A stretch of DNA of 64,000 bases, taken from the NCBI RefSeq assembly GCF_006345805.1, contig NC_043002.1:60388001-60452000 (forward strand), written 5' to 3'. Positions 27,081 through 40,551 of the stretch are shown piece by piece. The stretch's first letter is position 1, and each line of letters begins with the position of its first letter. Source of the DNA: Octopus sinensis (lineage: Eukaryota). The notes beneath the pieces were generated by a model, which ran no database searches, was not told where the DNA came from, and saw only the letters and a program-made list of their open reading frames with translations. A program made the translations under genes and the position numbers.

Positions 27081-27358
27081 GTGAAATGAAAGAGGAATGG
27101 AAAAAGCTGCAACATGGCGATAAACCGAAATGTAAACATAAAAATGCGAGATAAAGACAGATTAGAATGCCAAATCGGGATAGGAATTCGTTCGGAGACA
27201 CACACATAAGTATCCCAACATGTACAAATTCAGAGCGACAGGGCAACAAAGTCGCTGACGCTTTCCTATAATATTTATGTATAGACATTGCATGGAATAC
27301 AAACAGGATCCGAGAGGGAGAAGCATCTACTTTATAGTGAAACGTGCATTAAATATGC

Positions 27359-27410
<52 letters not shown>

Positions 27411-27528
27411 CTACCTACATATATATATTTGTATGTGTATATGTATTACATATGTAAATTGTTATATAGGTACATATACACATACATACATATATATACA
27501 TATATATATATATTTAGAGAGAGAGAGA

Positions 27529-27628
27529 NNNNNNNNNNNNNNNNNNNNNNNNNNNNNNNNNNNNNNNNNNNNNNNNNNNNNNNNNNNNNNNNNNNNNNNN
27601 NNNNNNNNNNNNNNNNNNNNNNNNNNNN
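27529..27628. other. Scaffold gap (100 N)
   Basis: Run of exactly 100 N. Confidence 1.
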
Positions 27629-28426
27629 CAATCATCATCATCGTCATTAACACATCCACCTCGTTCTCCTCATTCTCCCTCTTCCCCCTCCTCTCCCTCT
27701 CCTCCTCATCATCATCGTCTTTACCATTATCATATTCATCATGAACATTTCATGGCTGCCAAAATTATCGTCGTCATCACAATCACCATTACCATTTAAA
27801 CATTTCCACCATCACTGAAATCCTTATACACTCCATCCTCCTCCACATCATCATCAGCGACAGCAATATTACAATTTTCATAACCACCAACGTATTCACC
27901 ATCATCAGCACCGTCATTATCATCATCATTATCATCATCATGATTATTATGATCGTCAACCACCATCACTACCACCACCACTACCACCACTACCATCACC
28001 ACCACCACCACAACAACAACAACAACTACAACAACAACAATGGCATTGACATTATCATCGAATTCAAACAGCACCATCCTGAACGTCACCGTCATCGTTT
28101 GTTTTCAGCAGCGCGGTGATTGCAGCAGTAACATCAACAACGTGAAATGAAAGAGGAATGGAAAAAGCTGCAACATGGCGATAAACCGAAATGTAAACAT
28201 AAAAATGCGAGATAAAGACAGATTAGAATGCCAAATCGGGATAGGAATTCGTTCGGAGACACACACATAAGTATCCCAACATGTACAAATTCAGAGCGAC
28301 AGGGCAACAAAAGTCGCTGACGCTTTCCTATAAATATTTATGTATAGACATTGCATGGAAATACAAACATGGATCCCGAGAGGGAGAAGCATCTACATTT
28401 ATAGTGAAACGTGCAATTAAATATGC

Positions 28427-28476
<50 letters not shown>

Positions 28477-29062
28477 ACCCTACCTACTATATATATTTGT
28501 ATGTGTATATGTATATACATATGGTAAATATGTATATATAGGTACATATACACATACATACATATATATACATATATATATATATTTAGAGAGAGAGAGA
28601 GAGAGAGAGAGAGATCAACTGATGAGGCAATGGAAATAGACGAAACTGACGTTAGTATTAAGAATTCTCGATCGATTCAGGTCCCTGTTAGTGTATGTTT
28701 TCATTTATTTGCGTTAACCGCAGTAGTAGAGCATTTTAGCATTTATTTCTAGCAATGTAGGTGTTTCGTAACACCCTAGTCACATTTTGCGACGATTGTA
28801 ACTCTCCTTTTTGGTGAAAAATTGTTACGAGTTGTTTACATTAATTTTATCTATACACATTAGCGAATTGCCATATCAACCATTAATTTTGATAACGAAA
28901 ACATATATACTAATAGAGAAGCAAGCCGAGGAAAGCCGAGATCGAGTGGGCTCAACTGATGAGTCAAAGGATATTGCCGAAATGGACCTTTGTATTAAGA
29001 ATTCTTAGTCGGCGTTCTTCAGACGATTCCGGTCCCTACATACATACGTACATACTTGCATT

Positions 29063-29102
<40 letters not shown>

Positions 29103-29233
29103 GTCAATCCAAACATGAACAAGCATGAAAAATCAACAACGCGAGAACCTACAAATGTACAGTGTTATTGGACGGTCAGGAAAGGAACGAAAAGAAAGAC
29201 GCAGAAAGAAAATCACAAACGATACACACGCGG

Positions 29234-29269
<36 letters not shown>

Positions 29270-29428
29270 ATAGTTAATAGTTATCGCCATACTAATATGG
29301 CAGTCTTATAAATATAAACTAAAGCTGTTGCTGATTAGCTCCAAGAGGCCACCGCCTGAAGCTAGCTATTTGACACACGAACCTGCGTCCATTATATACT
29401 TTCGAACAAGGGAGGTCAGCTGCTTCAT

Positions 29429-29502
29429 CCTGCCAGTCAGACAGCTACAGACATGTTTCAGGGTTGTTGCCCCTTATCAATGTAGCGTAGTCAGACTTGC
29501 AG
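29429..29502 (-). ncRNA. Type I hammerhead ribozyme, U3-A8 core variant
   Basis: Minus strand: GCTACA-TTGATAA-GGG(CAACAA)CCC-T-GAAA-CAT-GTC|TGTAGC; perfect 6-bp proximal stem I, palindromic ACATGT stem III, stem I extends further. Confidence 0.8.
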
Positions 29503-29609
29503 GTGTCGCTACTGATCGTCCCAGTTCGAAGGCTTTATTTATATATCGTGAAGTATTTTTCCCCCACTTAAATCTGGCTAACCTACGAAGGAAATTATTA
29601 GTTATTCAT

Positions 29610-30108
29610 TTTTGCAAAATGGACAAATCGGTGACAGCAGCCTCGTAGTGCCAGGAAAGTAATTGTATGCGTTAAAATTTGAAAAAGAAGTAACCCAGAT
29701 TAGTAAATATAGATGGCCCAGTTTTCCTCCACGACAATGCACGTCCTCACACTTCTCAAACTACAATCCAAAACTTGCCAAGCTTGAATTATGAGATTTT
29801 GAAGTATCTCCCCCTGCTCCCCTTATATTTCTCCTACTGAATATCACTTATTTAAGCATTTTGAGCTTTTTGTATGCGATAAAATATTCTTAAATAGAGA
29901 AGAGGTAATATGAAGTTTTCGGACAGTTTATCACACAAAAAGATGACTTTTCTTTCAAAGATGGACTGTATGACAGAGGGAAACGTTGGGTAAACGCCAT
30001 AAATGAACATGGATCATATTTTGATTAAATAGATCAGTTCTCTAACACTTCTGAAACATTTTATTGCTACCTTTCGAATACGACGTTTTATTTGAAACAG
30101 CCTAATAT
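29610..30108 (+). mobile_element. Mariner 3' half remnant
   Basis: GPVFLHDNARPHTS, YISPTEYHLFKHF and RWVNAINEHGSYFD*; TIR-like end ttatttgaaacagcctaata. Confidence 0.8.
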
Positions 30109-30450
30109 TTATATTGTTTCAGTGTTTGGACTGGAACCATGTCGCATTTCTATTCATATATACAGCAAGAACTCTAAGACTTTGACATTTTATCAAGAAC
30201 TCTTAGGCATCGAAAGTTGTAGAGATTCGTTGGTAAGGTGATAACATTTTTATGAAAATATATATCTGTATATATGTGTGTGCTATTGTGTATTTGCAAA
30301 TATTATATGCGTACATACATATCTTTTATGTGTGTGTGTATGAAGGCATTATATGCACACGGTCATATATATATATATATACACACACATATATATTACA
30401 TATATATATATACATATATTTTGTATGTGTGTATGCATGCATTTATATAT

Positions 30451-30502
<52 letters not shown>

Positions 30503-30531
30503 ATATGAATTTTTCTATACGTATATATATA

Positions 30532-30563
<32 letters not shown>

Positions 30564-31243
30564 GTGTTGTGTGTGTGTGAGTGTGTGTGTCTTACGTGTG
30601 TATTTATGCTTGTATGTATATATATATAGAGTCATGTACATATGCATATGATGGTGTTGTTAGCAGTGCACATCTATTTAGGTGAACAATAAAATATTAC
30701 AAGACGATAGCAATAGTAAAAACCAATACATACGTAGCAAGGTAAGATTTATCAATTCTGTGCTGTTTAACAATGAGAGGACGTTTCAGAAACAAATGTT
30801 ATTATTCTATAGAAAGCAACGAGATTCTATGAGATAATACTTATGCGGTCAGCTCTGTGGACATTAAAAATAGCAACAATTTCATCGAATCAATGTAATA
30901 GGGAAGCTATAAAAATAAGAGACCTGTGTGTCTTTTGTAACGATATCTATAAAACGTCCAACCATCGATAATTTCAGTACAGCTATACATATTTATTGTT
31001 TTCAATAGATGTGTGTGTATATGTGAGGAGGTGAATGATTTATTTTTTATTGGTGTGTGTGTGGGAGGAGGGGGTGATTTATTTTATGCTCTACTTATGT
31101 ATATATCTGCATTTGTATGATATATATATATACATATACGTACATATATATATATTATATATATATATGTATATATATGTATGTATGTATATATATATAT
31201 ATATTATATATATATATTATAATATATATATATATGTATATAT

Positions 31244-31286
<43 letters not shown>

Positions 31287-31404
31287 TGGATATATATATA
31301 TATACATGAACATTATATATATATATACATGTATGTACATATACATGTATATATACATACATATATATAAAGGTATATATTTATACATGTATATATATAT
31401 ACTG

Positions 31405-31435
<31 letters not shown>

Positions 31436-31777
31436 TAATATATATATATATATATAGATAGATATATATATATATATATATATAATATATATATAATATA
31501 CAGAAACATGACTGATTGGGTGAACAATAAAATCAGATGCACTCAGGTACTCACATTGTCAATGCAGGTACAATGTATACACACGCATATATGCTTTCAT
31601 ACCTATCTACCTCCAAATCTTCATATACTATATGTGTGCGCGTGCGTAATATATATAGTGTGTGTATATATACTTATTACATATATTCATTCTCCGACAC
31701 AGACACACACACACACCAAACATATACATATATATGTATATATATATAACATATATATAATATATATATATATTTAT

Positions 31778-31871
<94 letters not shown>

Positions 31872-32353
31872 ACAAGAATATGTATGAACCTGCATATATT
31901 CATATTATGTTGTATAATAAATTCTCTCTTGAGCGGCAACGTTAACAAAGAGATGATGTGACATACAAGGACGATAATTACTAATAAAATTGCGATAGAA
32001 ATCTTTTCTTTTAACGTCTGGCCAATGACGAACAGAGTAAACTTTGGCAAAAATATTTTGCTATAAAGAAAAGTAGTCTAGCTGCACAATCCCGTACAGA
32101 AATTTAGTAAGATATGTACGTTCACACACAAACCGACACACAAAGATTCGTACGTGCGTAATTGTATGTTTTAATTATCTGCATATATATATATGTATAT
32201 ATATATGTATGTATATATGTATATATATATATATATATATATCTGTGTGGGTGTGTGTTTGTTTGTGTACGTGCAGGTAATTAACATATACATAAATATA
32301 CATATATCTCTATGCTCATGTCTATTCTATATGTCTATATATGTATATATAGA

Positions 32354-32397
<44 letters not shown>

Positions 32398-32636
32398 ATA
32401 TAGATATATATATATATGTATATATATATGTAGTATGTAAATACGGAAACATACTTACATGCACATACACATATATTTATAAATAAATATATATATATCT
32501 TTATACACATACATACATACATATATATATACATATATATAATTATATATGTAATATGCATTGGTGTACAAGGATTTTAAATGCAAATTTATGGATGTGT
32601 GAGTATTTAAGTGAAGCGATTCACACACACACACAG

Positions 32637-32668
<32 letters not shown>

Positions 32669-32955
32669 GGTTATATGTATATGGTTATATGTATATGTCT
32701 GCCCTTGTGTGCGTGTATATGTGTTTATGTGTGAGTGTGTGTGCTTTTGTTGCATTGATTGTCGTTTTAGATGCCAATGTTGTTACATAAAGTAGAACAA
32801 AAAAACATGTCTTTATTATTATATTCTCTAGTGCATAGTACAAGTTTCTAAAATATTTATAACTCTGCATTAGCGTGAGTTGGAAAACACTAGCAGTAAA
32901 CATATACAACTCATATAAGGCACACATACACAAACATGTATACTAATATATATAT

Positions 32956-32989
<34 letters not shown>

Positions 32990-33452
32990 CATATATATGA
33001 TACCCGAAGACATTAATCACGTGGATGTAGAAACATTACATTCCCCTTAGGAAATATAAAAAAATAAACAAAAATAATTAGATCAACTTTGTGAAAGTCA
33101 CATGGCCATTTTGTTTTCTGTTGAGTAGACCAGATAATTTTTAAGCAGATTTTGTAGCATATTTAACGGCAAACACCGCTCTCATGCAGAATGTAATGAC
33201 ATTGCGTAGTTGTTAAATATGTGTGTACTTACATACTTCTGCAACCACATGGGCAAATACTTATAAATAAAATTCATATATATATATATACATATATATA
33301 TGAAGAGAAAGGACTAGATAGTATGGAGATATTAGTTCACATGCCCTCTAAGAAAACAACCCTCATGATAAAAATTATCAAAAACTATATACCCAGAATT
33401 GGTTCTGTCGTCTTAAAGTGAATCTTCTCCTTCTCTTCTATTTTTTGGTAAT

Positions 33453-33498
<46 letters not shown>

Positions 33499-33719
33499 CT
33501 CTCTCTCTCTCTCTCTCTCTCTCCATCTCTCTTTCTCTATCTCTTTCTCTCTGTTAGTCCGAAAGCAATTGTAGATGGCAACACCAATAGTCTCCAGTCA
33601 AATTTTCCAGCTCGCTACTATCCCACACATTAGCTCTCGTTATTATGAATTGTTCGACGGCAGCCTGATTATCAGCCCTGGAGGGTTCATGTGCGTGCGA
33701 TTCCCGTAATCGATTTAAA

Positions 33720-33769
<50 letters not shown>

Positions 33770-33779
33770 GGAGTAAACA

Positions 33780-34037
33780 CATAAATGTGAAACAAGGTGG
33801 AAAAAAAGAGTACTCAATACCAGAGTGGTAGAGTAATATGCTTTATTTAAGCAGCAGAAAATTCAACAAAATCTGTTACTCTGAGTTTCTCGTTGCCGTT
33901 CATCAGACAGTTTTTGTTAGAATGGAACCGATATATCAATTGATATATCGGTTCCATTCTAACAAAAACTGTCTATGAACGGCAACGAGAAACTCAGAGT
34001 AAAGATTTTGTTGAATTTTCTGCTGCTTTAAATAAAG
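33780..34037. mobile_element. Penelope-type pseudo-LTR fragment arranged as a 197-bp inverted repeat
   Basis: 33841-33939 is the reverse complement of 33940-34037 apart from three 1-nt indels; contains an HHR. Confidence 0.7.
33862..33922 (-). ncRNA. Type I hammerhead ribozyme (left arm of the palindrome)
   Basis: TTCTAACAAAAACTGT-CTGATGA-ACG(GCAA)CGA-GAAA-CTCAGA-GTA|ACAGATTTTGTTGAA; long stem I, short stem II with GNRA loop. Confidence 0.8.
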
Positions 34038-34081
<44 letters not shown>

Positions 34082-35252
34082 TTGCTATTATACAAAAGTA
34101 TCGTAAGTGCAAATCGTTGCTTTTTCAGGAAACGAAACGAGAGATTCGGCATTCCATTGCATTTTACGTTAGGAACAGTTTCAGCTTAACAATAATACTT
34201 TGTTGGTAGCATAAAATCGTAGCTCCATGCATTTATGATATTGTCAGTCAGAAATATAATTGCAAAACTGTCTTATGTGAGATTTATATATACACATATA
34301 TATCCTATCGCCTATCCTCTCCCGTTACTTATCATCTCATATTTAGCTTATATCCTGTAGGTAGGGATCCAGATTGCGCTGGGGCACAAGACGTGTTAAA
34401 AATACTGTCCGGCATGCTTTCGTTGCATGTAACTAATAGTAGCACATAAACAGATATATTATATAAAGCGAATAATAGTTATCTATCATCAAATGGGGGT
34501 ACTTCTATTGTCATTCTTACCATCACGGAGCTCTCTCTCTATATATATATATATATGACAAGTGAAGTATATCATACAATGGACACTAAATACTATAAAG
34601 TGGAAAAGAGTCAAAATATCCACGCCATAATTCAACAGATCAAGAAAATACAAAGTATACGTAGCTGAAAGAACCCAGATCCTTTATAGATCTAAGAGAT
34701 CTGATACATATCTTAAATCTAGATCTGAAAATTTCAGCAGTTGTAAACATATGACTAACTAGTTGTTGGTGAATTGGAAAGTACTATCCCCTCTGGATTG
34801 AGCAGTTGTACTGCGGACTCAGGACCACTTTCTTTACAGCCTTATATTTTACGGTCGAAGGGGAAATATCCCTAATCCACCACACCTTTTGATACTTTCT
34901 GATTTCTTGTTCGATTTCCGGTTTTGCAACTTCACTCCTTTTAGTTCTATTTCTTTCTCGTCTTTCTCCTTTTCTCCCCTTATTCTATCGCCTTATATTT
35001 AGCTTATTATGTCATGTGGGTAGTGACTCTAGACTGTGCCAGTGTAGAAGACGTCTCAAAAATACTGCCTGGCATGTTTTCATCGCATGAATCTAATAGT
35101 AAGACATAAACACATATATTTTGAATAGCAAATAATATTGATCTTTCACCAGATGGTGCACTTTTTGGAACTGCACACTATATATGTACGTGTTTACAAG
35201 ATATTTATTAAATGACAAGTGAAAGATATTATGCAATGACTAGCTGCCTCTG

Positions 35253-35600
35253 TTGTAAGATACCAGGCCAGAAGAAGCGCTTTAAGGACACCCTGAAAGC
35301 CTCACTGAAAGCCTTCAATATCAACCATGACACTTGGGAGCAGTCTGCTCTAGACAGAGAAGGGTAGGGATCAGCTGTCGACAAGGGTGCCAACACATGC
35401 GAGACCAATAGGATCGCTGCTGCAGAAGACTGCAGACAAGCCAGGAAGAATAGAACTAACAACCCTCTAGCAGGCGCTACCATTCCGTGTTCATTCTGTC
35501 ACAGAATATTTCTGGCGCAGATTGGCCTCAGTAGCCATCTGCGGACTCACAAAACAAGCCCATCTCCACCCTAGGATGACTACATGTAGTTTGTTCCTCG
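35253..35600 (+). mobile_element. RTE-clade LINE 3' end
   Basis: GQKKRFKDTLKASLKAFNI..DTWEQSALDR and IPCSFCHRIFLAQIGLSSHLRTH (C2H2 finger typical of RTE/BovB-like C-termini). Confidence 0.85.
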
Positions 35601-36528
35601 CATCGACGAACAAACTACACTCACCAGGCATCCATTGATATATGTGTATCACCTTATTGCTTCTGACCACTAAGGAGATGCATAAGAAAAACTGTGACTG
35701 TATTAGGACGAAAATCCGCCCGAAAAGCTGCAACCGAGAGGGATAAATGCATTTCAGTCTATTTTAATCTTTAAATTGGCACTTTCCCCCATCCAGTCAT
35801 GTGCTCGGACACGAATTCTTCTTTTCTAATGTAGGAATGTGAATAAAACCATCATCGATCTTGTGAAGATACACCTGGCAAATCAATAATTATTTCGTTA
35901 CTCAATTTTTCCGAAAGAGGATCATACCAGAACGCTTAAATTTATTTCCATATTATCGAAGACTTGTTCCAGATAAACGTCAAATAAAATTTCATATTTT
36001 CTTTCCTTTTTAGAAGGATAGTTATAAATAAGATTCAAAAATCGTTTCTATCGGTACGCTATTACTATTCCCTAAGATTCATAAGGCCGTTTTCCTACAT
36101 TTCTTGGCGAATAAATGACCGTGATTACGACGTACCTCTGAAGGTACCTTACAGTTTTCCAGGCCAGCAATTTCTGATGCGGGAGAACAATTCGACTACA
36201 TCAACCCTGCGGTCCCCTCGTAATTCACTGGGGGTTTGTTTATAATCGGCCACAAAGAGCTATAAGCTAGAGTTAATCTCATCGGAATTCGAACACAGAA
36301 CGTAGACATCTAAAGGAAGTAACGCTAAGCGTTTTTTGCCACATGCTAACGATTGCTCACCGTGTTAACAGTTTCTGTTTCAATTGTTTGCACAAGACCA
36401 GTAATGTGTGGTTAGGCGGTAGCAAGTCGATAACATCGACGCCTTTATTCAGTTGATATGTACGTTTGCAACTTCGGTTGGATGACAGATAACGTCGGCT
36501 GAGAATGTAAAGACGGACGAAATACCTA

Positions 36529-36725
36529 TTTCTTTACTATCCACAAGGGGCTACACACAGAGGGGACAAAGAAGGACAGACAAACGGATTAAGTCGATTA
36601 CATCGAGTCCAGTGCGTAACTGGTACTTATTTAATCGACCCCGAAAAGATGAAAGGCCAAGTCGACCTCGGCAGAATTTGAACTCAGAACGTAACGACAG
36701 ACGAAATACCGCTAAGCGTTTCGCC
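36529..36725 (-). mobile_element. SINE family A
   Basis: High similarity to 9257-9470. More degraded copies at ~36235-36360, ~36395-36520 and ~39265-39395. Confidence 0.85.
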
Positions 36726-37160
36726 TTGACGCAAGTAATTAACATCATACATTTTAAGTACTTGTAAATATCGGTTGATGAGATATGCACTTAACATAAT
36801 GTTAGTAATTATTAGTACTAATCTCGACTCAAACTATCAGTTTAAATGTAGTTTGAACTCATAAAATAATATGCAATGTGATTTCATCACATTATCAAAC
36901 GTCAACTACTACAAGCTTTTCCAAGTACTAAAATAATTAAGTGAAACAGTACAACTAAAAGTTAATATAATTAACGAATGTAGTATGAAGATGGCGTGTA
37001 TTTATTAATTACTGCTGCAAAAATTAACAATTAATGCTGGATTCAATTCCATTATTTTATTAACGTTACTTGTTCAAAATATTATGTATTAATGTACATG
37101 ATTAATGAAGCGAAATACCTTTAATGTAGTCTACTACTGCTGCTGCGACTACTGCTACTG

Positions 37161-37206
<46 letters not shown>

Positions 37207-37245
37207 GTACACACACAAATATGCACATGTATGTGTGTGTGTATA

Positions 37246-37276
<31 letters not shown>

Positions 37277-37446
37277 AGATGCACAAGTAAGCACATAGGT
37301 GCTGCTGGTCATCGGCTTCCGTCTGTGTCATCCTCCTTCAGCTACGCCACCTGTTGGCTATGAGGGTTATCTCCCAAACTCATCAGCACTCAATTTCCAG
37401 CTGTGCTCTAAGTATCATTAATACGCTCTTAACGCTATTATCGCTA

Positions 37447-37700
37447 TTATCCGGAAATGCAAGCACACCCCGAAAAACCTCCGTTTCTGATACGTGCGAG
37501 AATTTTCAGGATTTCCACGCGTTCCGTTACGCAGAGCTTGCAGCGTTTCCTTCCATTTATGATGAGTAGCAAAGGGAGATATTCCCCATTGTTTATATCT
37601 GCATCGTTTCCCCATTCATATGTTAAAGAGTCCATAGACCAACAGTTCTTAGGGTCTGAAGATACGCTATCAAGTTATCCTTTATGACGAGAAACCCAGG
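37447..37700 (-). mobile_element. Degraded Penelope-like (Naiad-type) C-terminal remnant
   Basis: YEW...INGRKRCKLCVTERVEILK resembles the KRCxLCxxEK motif following the GIY-YIG domain. Confidence 0.4.
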
Positions 37701-39134
37701 GTAACCCTATAAAATGGCCTTGACCAGTAATATATATATATTAATATATATATATATATATAGATATTATATTATATATTATATATATATATATATATAT
37801 GAAGTATTATTACCGTTCTAATGATAATAATAAGGTGGCTAGCATTTGACACCTTTACAGGCAGAGTATAAGCTAAATTTAGATTCAGAAGGTTAAAAGT
37901 CGGAGCCATCGCTCCAAAACTACCTGTAACTCACTATTACGATACACACGGACAATGCAATCAACGTAGGAGAAACAGGCATACCTTGCGTCGAATACAT
38001 ATGTAAGGAATGTATATTTCAATATCAATTGACTTCACCCTCTGTATGACAAACATAGTCTGGGATCGAATTTTGAAAACAACAATGTTTCAACATCTAT
38101 TCCTAAAACATTCATCAAATTATCTCGTGTGCATTCTTTACTTTAACCGTCTCCATGACATTTAAAACAAAACTATCGTAAACCAGTATAAATTTAAATA
38201 AACAAGTGTTATTCCCGTTATCAATAAGTTGACTAACAAGTTTGCGCCTTAAATATAAAAAAAATATAAGCTAAACTTAGATTCAGTGGGCTATTTAAAT
38301 ACCACTTGCTATCGCTTCAAAACCACCCGTAACTCACTATTAAGATACCCACGGTTAATGCAATGATCATAAGAGAAACAGGTTTTCCTTGTGTGGAATA
38401 CATAAATAAGCAATACGAATTTAAATAAATAAAGAGGGAACGTATATTTCAATAGTTCATACAAGTGGAGATAGACCACTGATAAATTTTGATGCACAAA
38501 AAACACCTTTTAAGACAATTCACAACTGGGATTGGGATTCGACTAATACATCCGTGCGTCTTTTAAGTTATCAAATAACTTAGTACTTGATTATAGGAGC
38601 AAATATTCTTTTCTTATACCACTTATTTCACCTCACGATTTCATGCCTTTGAAAATGTTGAAACCCATCGTATCTTTTGATTTTCAAACAAAGCCCTGAT
38701 TACAGATACCCATCACCAGAAGCAGTAATATTTTCTAATGTTGTGGCATGTATAAACTGATATATATCAATCGGCACTCAACCTTTAGCGAAGAGGACGA
38801 GTATAACATATTTTTGAATTATATGCGTATTACTAGTGAAAAAGTCGTGTATGGTAAAGGATTAATGAGACAATCCTAATGCCAGACATATTAATCAACA
38901 TCGTTAGAAGAGATTTTGCAGCCTATAAATGTAAGTAGCTTCTTACATGACTGAATAATCTTTAAAATATACATTAATCTCGAAAAAACATTGAAGTAAC
39001 ACAGCACTATGTCTGTACTTGAAATAAATGAGTACGAACTTACTATCACATGCACATTATGTTTCATAGACATAACACAAATCGAAACAACTCATAAAAG
39101 GGTATGCACATACACACATGCATATGTATGTATG

Positions 39135-39166
<32 letters not shown>

Positions 39167-39468
39167 GTGTGTGTGTGTGTGCGTGCATGTGTGTGTGTGT
39201 GTGTGTAGGTTTAATTTTGGAACGAAGCCATACATTTCGAGAGGGGGCGGGAAATCTATTACAACGACCCCTGTTTTCAAGTGGTACTTATTTTATCGAC
39301 CTCGAGAAGATGAAAAGCAAAACGACCTCGGGGTTATTCGAACTCAGAACATAAAACTGTTGAAATGCCGCGAAATAGTCTGCCGCTTTGCTGCACTACT
39401 GTCTATCTATCTATATATCTATCTATCGACCTATTTCTCTCTCTCTCTCTCTCTCTCTATATTAATAT

Positions 39469-39527
<59 letters not shown>

Positions 39528-39709
39528 TATATATATCAGTTTAATTAGGTACTTTAATTAGGAAACACCAAGCCAAAGCGGTATAATCCGCACAAGTTAG
39601 GAGAAAGGAACGTAAATAAGTAACTTTCTTGTTACTTATACATATATATCTACACACACAAACACACACACACACACACACATATGTATATCCATACATA
39701 CATACATAC

Positions 39710-39766
<57 letters not shown>

Positions 39767-40365
39767 TATATATATAAACAATTGTTTATAATTTTAACCT
39801 TTAAAGGTATTTTTTAATATGTTGGCCATTGATTAAATTTTTTTTCGGAAAAAATTTTATCCTACATTAAATATAAATTAAGTGCTCACTGCCGGACGCT
39901 TTCACTGTGTGAGAGCCTCAGTTCAAATCGCACGTGTCCTGAATGGGCTGGAGTATTTCTAATTTGGATATATTTGGGGTAATTAGTTGTGCTCATGACT
40001 TAGTGTTTTGCTTCATCCATGGGTACGAGTAGGTATCTCATTTATCTCTTTACCACGTTTATCACTGACAAAGGGAGGGTTCTTACGAACTAACCCTAAA
40101 ATCGGTCCGATATGGTAATAATGGAATTTTTTAGAAATTTCTCTCGGCTTTTTTTTCGAGTAGCATGCGTATTGTGATAAATTATATCGTAATAGACAAT
40201 ATGTCCAATTTTCGGCATATTTGGCATTAGAAATTTTTTCGTTTGCCCCTATTTGTAAGTTGTTTATAATTTTAACCTTTAAAGGTATTTTTTAATATGC
40301 TGGCCATTGATAGAATTTTTTTGGAAAAAAAGTTTATCCTACATTAAATATTTATATGTATAATA

Positions 40366-40422
<57 letters not shown>

Positions 40423-40446
40423 TATAAATAATATATATATATATAT

Positions 40447-40543
<97 letters not shown>

Positions 40544-40551
40544 TATATATA

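Noticed and set aside
33003-33036. CCGAAGA-CAT...ATG-TA-GAAACATTA
   Set aside because: No stem I or III and extra bases before GAAA; chance similarity cannot be excluded.
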